DNA of 50,210 bases, filler included, from Sphacelaria rigidula (lineage: Eukaryota): NCBI GenBank assembly GCA_964200075.2. It is 2 parts of 2 records of this genome, joined end to end, with 100 filler letters (N's around TTAATTAATTAA, not from the genome) between each part and the next. Parts side by side here need not be neighbours in the genome. Positions count along the whole stretch, not along the records: positions 1 to 25,062 come from CAXNAA020000181.1; 1 more part is not named here. The stretch is one strand, 5' to 3'. Both the position numbers and the translations under genes were made by a program. Shown one piece after another: positions 11,501 through 23,720 of this stretch. The notes under the pieces are model-generated. The model searched no databases. It was not told the DNA's origin and saw nothing but the letters and a program-made list of their open reading frames with translations. Position 1 is the first letter of the stretch. Each line of letters begins with the position of its first letter.

Positions 11501-13660
11501 ATGTCATGATAGCCCAGTTCCGTCATCCCCTCCTCTAATACGCCCCATCCCTCCTTGGGAGGGAAGCGGGGTGTTATCATTCAAAATAGTCTTGGCATGT
11601 CGGTAAACCCCCGCTCACGATATCTCTGCCACACGTGAAGCGACGACTTACTGCTATATTCCAGTGACTGCAGTCTACCATATGTGTATCGTGTGCTTCT
11701 GGAGTATGGCACACTCGGCAGGATGAATCTTCTGTTGTTCCCGAGAACGAATGGCGTTGGGAACACCTCTTTAGTCGATAACTATTTTTTAAGCCTCAAC
11801 ATTCAAACCCCTCATCGCTTCCTCACCACAACACACGGAAAGGAAACAGTGTATCCTCGTACAAGAAGAATCCGGGAAGACGACAAACGATGAATGTGGT
11901 GCAATACCTGCCCTATAGCAGCTGCCTCCTTCGCCCTGGTACCCATTGCTCCGGAACGCTTGATATTTTCGGAGCCGGACAGATCCACAAGACTTAACCG
12001 CCCGTCTCGGGTAACCTCTCCGCCCCACGGGGTTGGTTCAGCTGAGATCACTCGCACGCAGAACACGCTGTGACTCCGACTTGATTCGAGATTACACATT
12101 GTCTGACATAGCCCAGGAGCAGGTACGTGCCAAGCGCGTAGCGCAAAGTGAACATGATGCGACGAGTCGAACGAATGGATATGAGAGTAAAGGTTGGCTA
12201 GCGGACACGGCCAGTTTAACAACTTGGGCCGTTTTCAAACGTGGGCGGGGGTTGAGCCGCACTCTCTATTCGGTACACAACGATTGGCCCTTGTTGACTT
12301 TCTCTGAAGCTGCCAGACATGTGACAGAATGGGAATGTTGGCACCAACAGGCGACCAATAGGTCAGGAATCGTAGGTGATACAGTTTCGCCTTGTTACGT
12401 ACCTCCGCCGTGCGACGGTTGCTCGTGCTCCTGGTGACGATAGCAAATATCTCCTCCGGGCTTTTTACCTCCACTTGCGTCAATCCCTTCACCATCACAC
12501 CCAGTTTTGGATCCTCCTCTATTGTGAGACCCTTACCCATGAATGTCCCAGCATCTACCCCCGTCGTCCCCCGGTTATTGGTATCCAACGTCCGGCTGCC
12601 CGACCTCGGAGCCTCGGAGGACGGGTGAGGCTTCTCGTTACCATTCCGCCCAACGCTGCCGTCTCTTCTGCGAGGAGAAACACTTTGTTCTTTAAAACTC
12701 AAGTTTACGGTACTCCGTCCGCAGGCAGAGAACGTTGCCCGTGGGCGAGGAGATGACGAACGGTTCGCAGATCGGACAGAGGATCGAATCGGCGACTGCG
12801 GTGGAGAACATTCCGGGGAGTGAGGTGGAGACCGGCCTGGAGAACGCTCATTCCTCGGAGAGCGTCCTCGAGGCTGCTGTCTTCGGAACTCGTTACCGGT
12901 CCCGCTTTCGCCGTCAGGGGCTAGCAGGTCAAATAGTCTCTCGTTGTATATTTCCATGTGCGAAACGTACACCCAGTAACGTCGCCCGCCGCCCGCGTCA
13001 CCTTCTCGGAAAATGGTGTGAACAGCTCGTGGGACAATACCGAGAGTTTCTACACGCTCCCTAGCGTCGATAGGTGGTGTTTCATTTTTGCACGGGTCAT
13101 GGAACACATCCAATCCGCCTTGCATTGTGAAGGTTTTCCCCGAACCGGTCTGACCGTAGGTGAGCACCGAACAGTTGTAACCGTCTAGCATCTTTCGAAC
13201 GACCGGAGCTACGGTTTCAGTGTAGATACGCGCCTGGCTTGTCATTGGTCCTGCGATAAGAGAATGGGAACCCAGTTACTTGTACTTCAATGTGCATTTT
13301 ACAGTGATAAGTACCGGGAAGAAAACGCATAGTGCATGCCATATCGCTCGCGTCCCTCGATGATTCCTTGTTTGTTCGGTGTAGCGAAGGTCTTGTGCAG
13401 CGTGTTTGTCAACGCCGATACACGTTTGCGATACCCTCTCAATACTGCCACCAACGTATGCACATATTCAACAACGACAGTGACGACATATGATCTCTCA
13501 CCGAAGACACGGTCAAACCGAAACTTCCTGGATCGCTTGATTGGCAGCTCGTTTCCGGACACAACGATTTCATCGCCCCTGCAAAACACCGCCGCTCGAA
13601 CGCCGCACTTGACCTCCCGTGCCAGTAGTGGCCGGCATCTCGCCACCACGGCAACATTCA
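8579..13660 (-). CDS. Kinesin motor domain (kinesin-5/BimC-like) plus long C-terminal tail; part of a larger gene extending to at least 16466
   Basis: Exons 14136-13502 (..[19 protein letters not shown]), 13250-12403 ([21 protein letters not shown]-loop; [11 protein letters not shown]), 12102-11908 (switch I NLESSRSH; switch II DLSGSE), 10933-8579 ([41 protein letters not shown]). All junctions are GT-AG and phase-consistent. [15 protein letters not shown] resembles the kinesin-5 GSENIGRSGA..RAREA signature. Confidence 0.93.
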
Positions 13661-14475
13661 CACTAACGGGTTCTGCTGATAAGCCATTTCCTCGAACTGC
13701 TTCTACTGGCTGACCTCCATACCCCCACGCTGCCGCCCATCTAGCCATTTGATCTTTGGGGGTCGGTGTTACTGCAAAAAGTGGTGTTCCCCTCCGTCGT
13801 TCACTGGGAAATGCATAGTCCTCGTCAATAAGTGCGTTGCTAAGTGCTAGTGCTTGCGTGGCTAGTTCGGCGGCGGCTGCCGCCCGAACCATCATAGCGG
13901 TTGGGCTTTGTGATTGAGAGCATGGTGCGCCGGTTGTGGGTTCTGTGCGATCGCTCGATGAGGCGTGCGTTGCCGGATGTGGTGTTTCCGGTGCTACTTT
14001 TGAAGCGTTGAAATCGCGTTGAAGCCGCAAAACGAGTGCGTTGCTGAAGAGAGAAGAACGTCGTCGACGACTGGCGCCAGCACGGCGACACCACAGGGCG
14101 TTGCATATTCCTTTGCTGTGGGCCGTGACGTAAAACCTGAAATAATAAAAACGATGATGGCCTCTGTGGTGATGTTGGTGTAAGTCTTGTTCTGGACAGA
14201 AAGTTCAGACGTGAATTTGGCATTGCTGGCTGTCTCACTCCATTCGAACTCGGGTTGGGGATGAGGTGCATTGGGTAAAACTTGTTTCCGTCTCGATGGA
14301 AATATATCTAGAGGGATAATAGCATAGAGACAATAATGCGTAGGAAGCTAATGGCTTAAGGCTCTCAACAATCACACGAGAGAGTAAGTGGAGTCTATTT
14401 TCAAAACGACGAGACAGACTGAACGCCAGTGATGGATGCAGCTGCGACAAAATATATCGAACAATTTCAACTCAC

Positions 14476-16466
14476 AAATTGTTATCTCGGTCAACGGTCA
14501 AAATTGCCGCGTGTCCTGAAACAATAGGGACAAAGACGTTGTCTCCGGTTCCCTCCTCACCGCCATTTGATCGTGATCGGAAGTTCGCGTCGGTCGACAG
14601 GGCCGACTTCGGCTGCCTTGTCCCGGTGGGTTTCCCCACTGCCGCACCACCGATAGCGTTGTTACCACGTGAACATCGACGTGTAGATAAAGCCCCGATA
14701 GCTACGACAGTACCATCTCGACTGGATCCGCAAAGCGAAACGTAAATACCACCGCTTTTGGCGTCGCTAGCCACTATTCCAGTTATCACTGGTAGTCCTT
14801 CGGCTAGTAACCACTGCTTCCCCGGGTCGTACGCGGTGGATCGCTCCTGATTGCAATTGTCATCGGTACATTTTTCATTCTTTGTGGGATCGCCAACAAC
14901 GATATTTGTAGCCGTAGCTTCATGAAACCGATCTCGACTTGTTTGAGAAGATGGAAACACACGAACAACACCACGAGATTCTGCAATGGCTGATCCTCCG
15001 TGCCTCGGCGCCAGCCGGGAGGCCGCAATCACTATCGTATCATCAGCCAGCACACACATGCCCACCGGCTCTTCGGTAGGTTCTCCTCTCGGAGGAAGTG
15101 GAAATTCAAGAATATCTTGCAGCGCTGGTGCCTTATGCCGGCCTCGACATCGACCATTTCTCTTGATGGGATTTACTTCGGTGTTCGTGGTGGGACTGAA
15201 ACCACCTGAACTTGTGCTCACGTTTTCCTCCCAGTCGGTGTCCGACTCATCATCACCCTCGGATGTGCTCCGCCCTCCATTTTGCGATGGTGCATGCGTC
15301 TTCATTTTGATACCACCCTTCCAGGCAGAATTATTGGCCATGGTCTGGCTTTCCAAAAATGAAGTAAGCTTCACATGGTGCAAGGACCGCACTTTGAACT
15401 GTTTTTTTTGTTGATCATTCTCTTGTTCGACTGGTTCATGTCCAGGATCACGTATAGGCTCTTGTCTCGACACTTCGTCCAGAACCAACACGTCTCTATT
15501 CCTTGTGACACAAATGGCTATAGGGTTACACAAACGCTCACAAAGCGTTAGCTCCCTCTGCGCCCCTACAGCAAAAAAACTCAACCTTTTAGCGCATATA
15601 CCTCTCGCGGTGGCTGCATCCGATGCCACATTGAGGGATAAACATCGTGGCGGGGGTGTGACGCTATGTACGAAAAGCACACCACGGCTCTTCTTATTTT
15701 TACCGCAAAAGGCGGCGACCCTTGTCGGGCTGTCAAGCCCCCGCAGCAAGACGTTCGTACATCCGGCGATTTTCTTTTCAACATTTTCAGTAGAATACGT
15801 AGAGCCAAACGACGGAGGTTCATCGACAGCACAATTTTTACGGCCACCTGTGGCTACCGCTTCGTTGTGTAATGGGTCGTTGTTGGCGGGAAGTGTTATG
15901 TTCAAGTGGCCATCGCTCGAGCGCAGATGAGGCATACTGCCTGGTCGAACGTCTGGCTTGCCCGCGAGAGTGGGCGGCATAACGTGGAGTTCCCTTGCCA
16001 AAACTTGCTGACCATCATCTCCGCACAGGGAAAGCTCGGAATAGTCTTTACGCAGTTCACCTGCATCTGCTGCATGAGCATCCGCACCCACCAGTAAGGG
16101 CGATAGCACTACCGGTAAACTTTTCGATCGCGGAGCATTACTTCTGTGAACACAGTGCGCCGCGTTTGATGGTGAATCCTGCCCCGAAGACGGACAATGG
16201 GATGACCGCCTCGCCACGGACGACTGCCGCAAGTCCCCGGTGCTCTGTGCCTGCCTGCGGCCCGCTGGAGGGTCTGCCGGGGACGGGCAGGGCGTTGAAG
16301 TACAACCCAGTAACCCTCGCCGCTTATCAACCCAATAAAACCATTGGAATCTTCTGTGGTCGCTCGAAAGAGCTCTTGTAATTCCAGTAGAGGTCGCAGC
16401 ATCTGACAGCGGTGACTGAGCGGCGCTGATGGCGGAAAATCCGCACAGCGGAACGACAGTTTCGTG
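14476..16466 (-). CDS. Large exon encoding beta-propeller-like (NHL/SMP-30-like) blades separated by low-complexity inserts; predicted 5' part of the kinesin gene
   Basis: 691-aa open frame with blade-like motifs LCNPIAICVTRNRDVLVLDE, PVGMCVLADDTIVIA, LAEGLPVITGIVAS..GGIYVS, ILTVDRDNNL and FYWVDKRRG. It ends at a strong donor TT|GTGAGT (14476/14475). Probable acceptor CAACAG|CAC at 16466. Further upstream exons were not resolved. Confidence 0.7.
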
Positions 16467-17556
16467 CTGTTGGCATGGACAGATGGGAAACAAGCATATG
16501 GGAGGGAAATTCTTTACATACGGTTGAAGATAAGCCGAGCACCCCATTAAGTATCAAGCACATGGCAGAGGTATGGCGATCGACAAGATGCTGTTGGTCT
16601 TCTCAGCTCAATACAAGCAATATGCACTGCACCATTGTACGTACAGGCTGCAGAAGTGTCCACCACAGCGTTACCGTCCATCAGCCATTCACCTCATATG
16701 CCTGATGGAGGAAGCTTACAGCTGACATTTCTGTCTTAGAGCATGTTTTTCGTCCTCGGTGGTCCAAGCCACGAGCCCAGGAGCTAGCAAAGAAATGCGC
16801 ACATAAGTCAGGAGGCAATCGGGAAATGCGGCACAACGAAAGTGTGAAACGGATCCCATTCACCCGCAATCAACCATCGCTCCCGCTCTCGAGACTCTAG
16901 GCCAGATTACCTTCCCTCGCGCTACACAAGTCGGCTGCTTAACAAAGTACAGCTGATGCGCCATCGACGTCCTCAGCAATAAAAGTTTTATGGTTAGTAA
17001 GTCTTTCTTGCAGCTTGTGCCTCACTGGCTGTCTAATTTCGAGCCATTCTTCCAGCCTCTTCGCGACATCTTGGCAAGGCACAGTTCAGTATCTTTTGAG
17101 AGCAGGAGCAATTCCGTCATGAGATACTGCACTAAAACACTACTGTGCCAGTCTTTGTAGTCAAGTGTGAGCTGCACCAGTGTCCAGCCGTGCGCTCCTT
17201 TTTTCAAATATCCCAACCTAAGCAGTTGAGCTCTTGCGGTTCTTGTGCACGACCAACACAATTTTGTCATTGTGTGAACAAACGGCCATCGAGGAGTTGT
17301 CCGCACCCTGTATTCTCGACACGAATCACGCCTCCTCTGCTGCTGCTGCTGTTTACGCTGACAGAAGTTTATCGATGTCCACCCGTTCGTCTTGTCCGCA
17401 GAATACAAGCGAGCTCAATACCGAAGATTCTGAGTATCCCCGCTTCGCCAGTCACCCGTAGCAGTGAAAGCTACGCACGAAGGGCAGTGTTGATTACTCT
17501 GAACAGACACCAGTCCGTGCTCTCTTGGCTAGCGGCGCCTACCCCCCCGACCTGTC

Positions 17557-18435
17557 ATGTCCAACAAACATCAGCACATTTTTGCGGAGGACATGTCTGA
17601 CGAAATGTGTCAATTTGCTTTGGAGACCAGCCAAGAAGCATTCCAGCTCACCATCAGCAAGGGTCAGGTCAGCTGTTCAAGTCTTGATTTCAACTCTCGT
17701 CGTATGTAAACAGAACAAACACTACAGTAGATAGGTCGGAGTACCCGACCGAATTTCAACCCACCATGGTACTGTAGCTATTCGTATGATTTTGTTGCCG
17801 CAGCCTTCACACCCAGTTTCCATGTGTTTCGGTCTTCACAGCTGCTGCAAATTACCTGCAGCAGCATGTTGATCTATCTGATGATATCGTGCGGGTTCAA
17901 ATCGTAGCAAGCGAGAGCCTCGCTGTCTATGACCTATCCGTTTGCCAAAAACTACATGACATATCTTCAGGTTTTCACCACAATCGCATCGTGCATTCGA
18001 AAAGCGTTCGAGAAGTCCTACGGGCGGGGGTGGAACGTGGTGGTCGGGAGAAGTTTTGGGGGCTACGTTACCCATGAGATCAAGACATATATGTATTTCA
18101 CCGTGGTACCAGGGGTCTACGTTTTACTTTGGAGGTGGGTTCCTGCGGAGGCATCACCCTTTTTGACGTGGAATTGATTATATATATATATATATATATA
18201 TATCGACAATCCCGTCTCGTCAGCTAACAACACCCCCATTCCATGTACCGCCGATGAGAAAAGGTGGGTTATGGTATTCCATCCTTCCGTTATATGGCCG
18301 TTAGCAGTCTAGCTTTGCCCCCCTAATACGGCATCTCATCTAGGATCTGTTGCAAAAGCACTCATTTCGTTTCATCTGGCCCACTTCATACACACCCAAG
18401 CATGGGTATGTACCATCAGCGGGTACAGATGCTGA
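17557..18435 (+). CDS. Dynein light chain, LC8/DLC1-type family
   Basis: Exon 1 17557-17667 MSNKHQHIFAEDMSDEMCQFALETSQEAFQLTISKGQ (CAG|GTCAG). Exon 2 17971-18134 VFTTIASCIRKAFEKSYGRGWNVVVGRSFGGYVTHEIKTYMYF..LLWR matches the LC8 pattern DM..EM..A..IA..IK..FD..Y..WH.IVGR.FGS.VTHE. The 3' end is uncertain: either a tiny exon 18429-18435 (..WRC*) or read-through to the stop at 18177. Confidence 0.9.
18179..18203. repeat. (TA)n microsatellite
   Basis: Run of about 12 TA units. Confidence 0.9.
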
Positions 18436-20418
18436 AGGAGTACATTACAAGTCTGAACGTGGTTGTTTTCGATAGAAACTGTTATCTACGCAGTCAAATG
18501 TTTTTTTGCCCAACGATCAAGTTTGAATGCTCACGATACACCGACAGGGCTCCACAAACCATGCACTAAACTCTTTGGAAGCTCGTCTTGCTTGCATACT
18601 GTTACTCCCATAATATACACAGGGCGTCTTATGCTTATCGATCAAACGTACTCATGGGTCAATTAGTAGCGGGTGCGCTCGCCCCGATAGCATGCGAAAC
18701 ACGAAAAACAGAAAGATTGAAAGTTAGAGAGGTTTAATTCAACGACACTCGTACGTTGAACTCCTATGTAACACACTTTCGCGAGATTAAGAGGGGAGTG
18801 TCGAATTGAGAATGAGCTTTGAATAGGAGCACGTTGATTTTGTGTCTTCCCACCAACGTCTGAAACACTGACATGGCTGACTGTCAGGTGTGGCGATGCG
18901 GATTCAATCACTCACCTACCATACTCGAAGCCTTGAAAGGGTTAATTCGAATGATGTTGCGGGACAATTTAGATTTAGTGTCGTGAGCTGTACAAAGGGT
19001 AAAGGTTGATAGGGAACGGTCCGTTGTGTTAAACAGTAAGAGAAGGGGAATAAGGTTGTGAATCATGTAAACATTCCTTCAATTAAACCGCCGCTGAGAT
19101 CGCACATAATGCCAAGCACTTTCAAGATGTTCTTCAGACTTATACGTTGAATGCGAGTGTGGTATATTTACCCGTCGCGATTTCAAAGGATCGTATATCG
19201 GCGCTTGATTGCTTTCAGGTTATATATATCCAACCATTAACTCTTCGGAATAGTCACCATTTGACCGCCAGGGTTGGTAATCAGGGCCACGCAGAAACAT
19301 TTCAAGTGAAAACGGGTTGAAAAGCTCGCTCTGTTACGATCTATATTCTCAAACGCGCTAGTGAAGGGAAGAATGAGAGTTATGACTGAAAGGTGTTGCT
19401 TTCGTTCACGCACAATGATCGTACATGCTGCCGTTGACTCGCCAGCCCGTGTGAGTGGGATGTGGACCGTCACCACCACCATTACTACTTCATTGCCGTT
19501 TCTCATCTTAAAGTTTCAGCATTTCCAACCATTTTTTCCTTTTTACTTATCGTCTTCCCCGCGTGCTTTTGTCCCGAAATCTTTTCGCAGAGCCTGAACA
19601 ACTGTGCAGCGCAACGGGAGAGCCACATTTGATAGCCACAGAGTGTGGACGACTTGAACGGGAAGACTGCGAGTACTACCAGCAATCCGCAGTCTTGAAA
19701 TGCTGCAGCATGCAGGCCAAGAACCACAAAAATAAGGCGGCTAACGGTAGACTTCATCCGCGTGTAATGCATACAGGGAAGACTCCTGGACGTGAAAAAC
19801 TGCGCTCTGAAAACGCTGTTTCAGACTATTCCCTTTCATAAAAGGATGGCTGTTGTGACTGTGATAATACTGCAAAAATCTATCAATTTCTGTACCACTT
19901 TGCTCTAGCACGTGGAAAAATATAACGACCCCCAAAACATGACAATTTGCCAGCACAGGTGAACAATACAGAATAGACCTACAAAGCAATCGCGGAACTC
20001 GATATACCACTAGACAGCGTATGGCTAAGTCACATGGGGCTCAATTTCTATACACATAGCCAAGTAACTTCAAAAACACCAACGAATTGCTCTAGAGGAA
20101 CACATGACCACGCATTCACGCACGCAGACGCACACCCACAGCGACATCTACAGAATAATGCCACGCCCTTGATCAGGAAAGGGCCGATTTGTCTACTGAT
20201 ACTGAGACCAACAAGAGCTCAACGACGGCATGATCATACGAGAGCAACCGATACCATGCCTTCGCTCGGGACAGAGGTCAAAACACTTTTGCCAATACAA
20301 ACGTGTTTAAGAACGACATAATTACATATGCGGTCTTTCTTTTGTTTGTCTGATCCTTTCGCTGATGGTACGCCTGGATAGCTCCAAACAACGTAACCGT
20401 TCGACTGCTCCCCGCTTA

Positions 20419-23400
20419 CTATTGCGGTGGCGGCGCCGATGGCCCCTTCCGTCGATGCTTCTTCTCAGACGCAAACGCACCGCTCGCTGGCCCCTTTCGC
20501 CGTTCTGCGCTACGCTTACTCTTGCTACCACTTGTGCCGCTTACCGCAGCCGGCCGTTCCAAATCCTGCTCCCCCTCCGCTGCAGCTCCATCCCCCGTTC
20601 CCGTTGCGCTACTACTTCGCCGGGAAACTTTGTGCGGTGCTGTCCGCCGCGTTGTGCTCGCGTCTCCGCTGCGGTGATGGCGTGACTTGGAGCTACTACT
20701 GTTACTGCTTTCTTGTTTTGCGTCGCTCCCATCGCCCACGGATCGAGAACTTCGCGATTTGATTCTTGTGGCAGCTTGCGCGCGTGCGGGCTTTGGTTCG
20801 GCGACACCTTGGACCTCCCCCGGCGTGCTACTGGCGTTTGCATCCCAGGAGGATTTTCCGCTCGCGCTTGCCGCTTTGGGCCTCTTGTGGCGCCCGTCTG
20901 CATTTCCCTCCTTGCCCGCCTCTGGTAGGAGCCTTGCTGGCTTCGCCACGTAGCCAGAATTGCCTCTGGACAACTTCTTGGAGGTAGGCGCGGTGGTAAC
21001 AGCCGTGGAACTCTGTTTCGCTCCCTTCGGCTTTTTGTGCGCAGCTACTGCTTTGGCCTGGTGCCCTGCTATAATCTCTGCCCTTGCTCCCGCATCAGCC
21101 GGCCCCCTGCTATCCGTAGAATCTGCGACAGAGGTGGCCTCCAGGCCATGTGCTTTTGTATCAGCCACCCCGATATCGCTTGCACCGGGAATCGGAGAAG
21201 ATGGAATCGTCCCGGCAGATGCTTGTGGCCGAGCCCCATCCACTATAGGCTGGTCGGTGGCCTCGGTGCCTAGGTCTTTGTCAGCATCTACCACTGCGCA
21301 CTCTTGCTGTTGCTCAGCAGCCTGAAAAACAAAACCGAACAGTAAAACACAGAGCATTGAACAGCTTGTGCCCATGTGAAACCTTCACGCCTAACGTCAT
21401 CGCTAGCACACGCCGTAATTTACCAAACCCACGATTTAAAAGTGTAAAACATGTACACGATCAAGGGTATTCCCTTTGGGCATCACTGCCCTCTCGCATA
21501 CACACACACATGTCTCCCCAAGACACTGAGATGTCCAAGGCAAATTAAACACTAGACACATACCTTTTCTGTCGCCTCTTTTCCCAGCAAAGACATCTCA
21601 TCATCTCGCATTTTGAGCATGATGGGCGTGGCCACGAGGGGTCTCAACATAGGGGACAGATCGTGCCTCGTCGCTAGCTCGTTTGCCCAGCGAACCAAGG
21701 CCGCAACATGCTCCACGTTCTCGTAGAGAAATCCGTACCACCGATCCACTTCCGCCGGGTAGATTTCACGAGCTTCTCCCTCCCGCAAGAGAAAGTCCTG
21801 ACATGAGCACGTAATTGATCAAATCCATACCATGAACACAATTCCGCCATGAAAAGCTACGGACGGCGTTTCTGTCATACACTAGAACGTGCAGTCGAAC
21901 AGTTTCTTTCTCTTGAACTTGGTAAAACGTGAGGTCCCCCTTTGCCGAACACAGCAAGTGTCGATACGGAAGAAACCAGCACATCGCAAAAAAATGGTCG
22001 AGTGGGTTCTTGAGCCCCCTCCGAATATCAGAGTCGACTCCGAGTTAGGTACGCCTCCTGACGTCTCTATATGAATTCCATCACCCCCTCCTTGAAACGA
22101 GGAAAAAAAAACGAAAAAAAAACAACACAAAAAATAACACTGGGGGGCAATCAACTTACCAGCTGAGCCGCACACACTTCCATGAGATCCCTCAGGTCTT
22201 GAACCACCTGCACTACCGCCGCTACCGTCACGGAGGTCTCCTGCTCAGTCCGAAGAACGCACTTGCGCCCCGCCAACATCAGAGCGGAAGCGGCGGTCAA
22301 CACCTCTCCGCTCCCCACTATCATGGCATAGTCGTCCTTTTTGTTCATTCAACGAGCAGTACCAGGGAGCAGCATGATCCATGGTGGGGGAAAGGAGGAA
22401 GTGACCACCATGAGTTCGAGACATTAACTCTGGGGGGAAACCATGGATGTGGACGGCACAACGTGAACAAACAAATACGCCATCCTTTCAGCATCAGTGG
22501 CGATGATCTCCGACGTTACCCGAATCGGTGTTTCTTGAGTAGAAGGCAGTGTTAGTACACTATGAGGGGTCATATCTTCATGGATCGGGCGTTACATCAC
22601 TTTTTACAGTATCTGAATGGAACATTGTTGTTGTCTCTCACACATGTTACTTGCTCTCTTGATCCTTCGGCAAGCTTTTCGCGTGACAAAACGACGACGA
22701 AACGAGCATCCGACCATGCACCCAACCCCTCTCCTTCCTCGGGACAACTCCGTAAGTCTCCAGGGATCAACCCACCTCTCCCCCGGGACTTGCCTAGCAT
22801 TTGGTATCGAGGATTGGATCATGAATGACACTCCCGCACTGCGTCTACTCTCATCACGGGTTCTCGCTACTGACGTCCTGATATTGTTAGAGTAAAAAAA
22901 CAATTATTTTTGCGAAAAATCACATCTTCCGAGATACGAACCCGCAACCTTTGCTCCTAACCGGTAACTGGTGTATCAGTCCCACCACCGGGGCGAGGCG
23001 GCTAGGCCACCTCGTCATGACTTCGTTTGCTGTCTGAGAGACTTCCGGCACACCTTGACGATTTCTGGTGCATACAGTTTCTTCCAGTTTGAGCCGAACA
23101 AGCGATGGACTCAAATCTTTCATGATCGAAAAATGACTTTACGAAGCAGCGAAACACTAGAGTGAGCTACAGCAGAGCTGTCAGGGCGCCGCCTTCGCAC
23201 GTGAGACCTGCACAGTTACTCATCAATGACGCTTCATTGTTCATGCCGAAAAGCGCTACCCAGTGGCCAAAGCATGCAGGCACCTTCGAGACAAGCAAGC
23301 TCCTTTTCTTCGCGATGACAAGTGGTCCAAACAGACCGTTTTCAATATCTCCAGCAGCGTATGAACACCCGCCCCACCGCACCTAAGTTCCTCCGGCGCG

Positions 23401-23720
23401 ACGACGGAGCCCTTGGAGGACACATGACATGCCAAAACTAACTGCCCGAGAGAGCCCAAATTTACTCCAGGCAAAATCATTGTGATTCCCCACCACTACC
23501 CCTCGCCCCGTCCCCCCATACATTTTCCTAGCTTGACCATAGCGCTGACTGCTTTGTGTCATCTTACCAGCATCTCCGCGAATCCTGGACCGAACTGCGT
23601 GGTTCTCTGCAACACGTACTCGGCGTAAAGTTTCAGGAACTCGGCGAACGGTGCCACGTCTTCGGTCGACCATGGTGGGGGCCTCACATCGCAGATTGTT
23701 CCCAAGTCGAAGTACTTGAC
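20419..23720 (-). CDS. Putative ANTH-like helical domain protein with low-complexity Ala/Ser/Lys-rich tail (3' exons only)
   Basis: Phase-0 GT-AG exons 23720-23568 (..FAEFLKLYAEYVLQR.., like the ANTH pattern FIR.YA.YL.ER), 22336-22160 (..LMLAGRKC..AAVVQVVQDLRDL..), 21797-21564 (DFLLREGEAREIY..) and 21321-20419 (301 codons, disordered, ends at stop). The exon chain is well supported. The ANTH assignment rests on remembered pattern similarity only. Confidence 0.6.

Noticed and set aside
8594-16381. Many + strand ORFs overlapping the kinesin gene
   Set aside because: Antisense shadow ORFs of long GC-rich exons, with no motifs.
16560-17460. 5' exons of the propeller-kinesin gene
   Set aside because: Several short protein-like frames exist, but I could not assemble a phase-consistent, stop-free chain.
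22030-22090. Extra exon (EGVMEFI*) implying a pseudogenised ANTH-like gene
   Set aside because: Exon 22336-22160 splices in phase directly to 21797, so this stop-containing segment is intronic.
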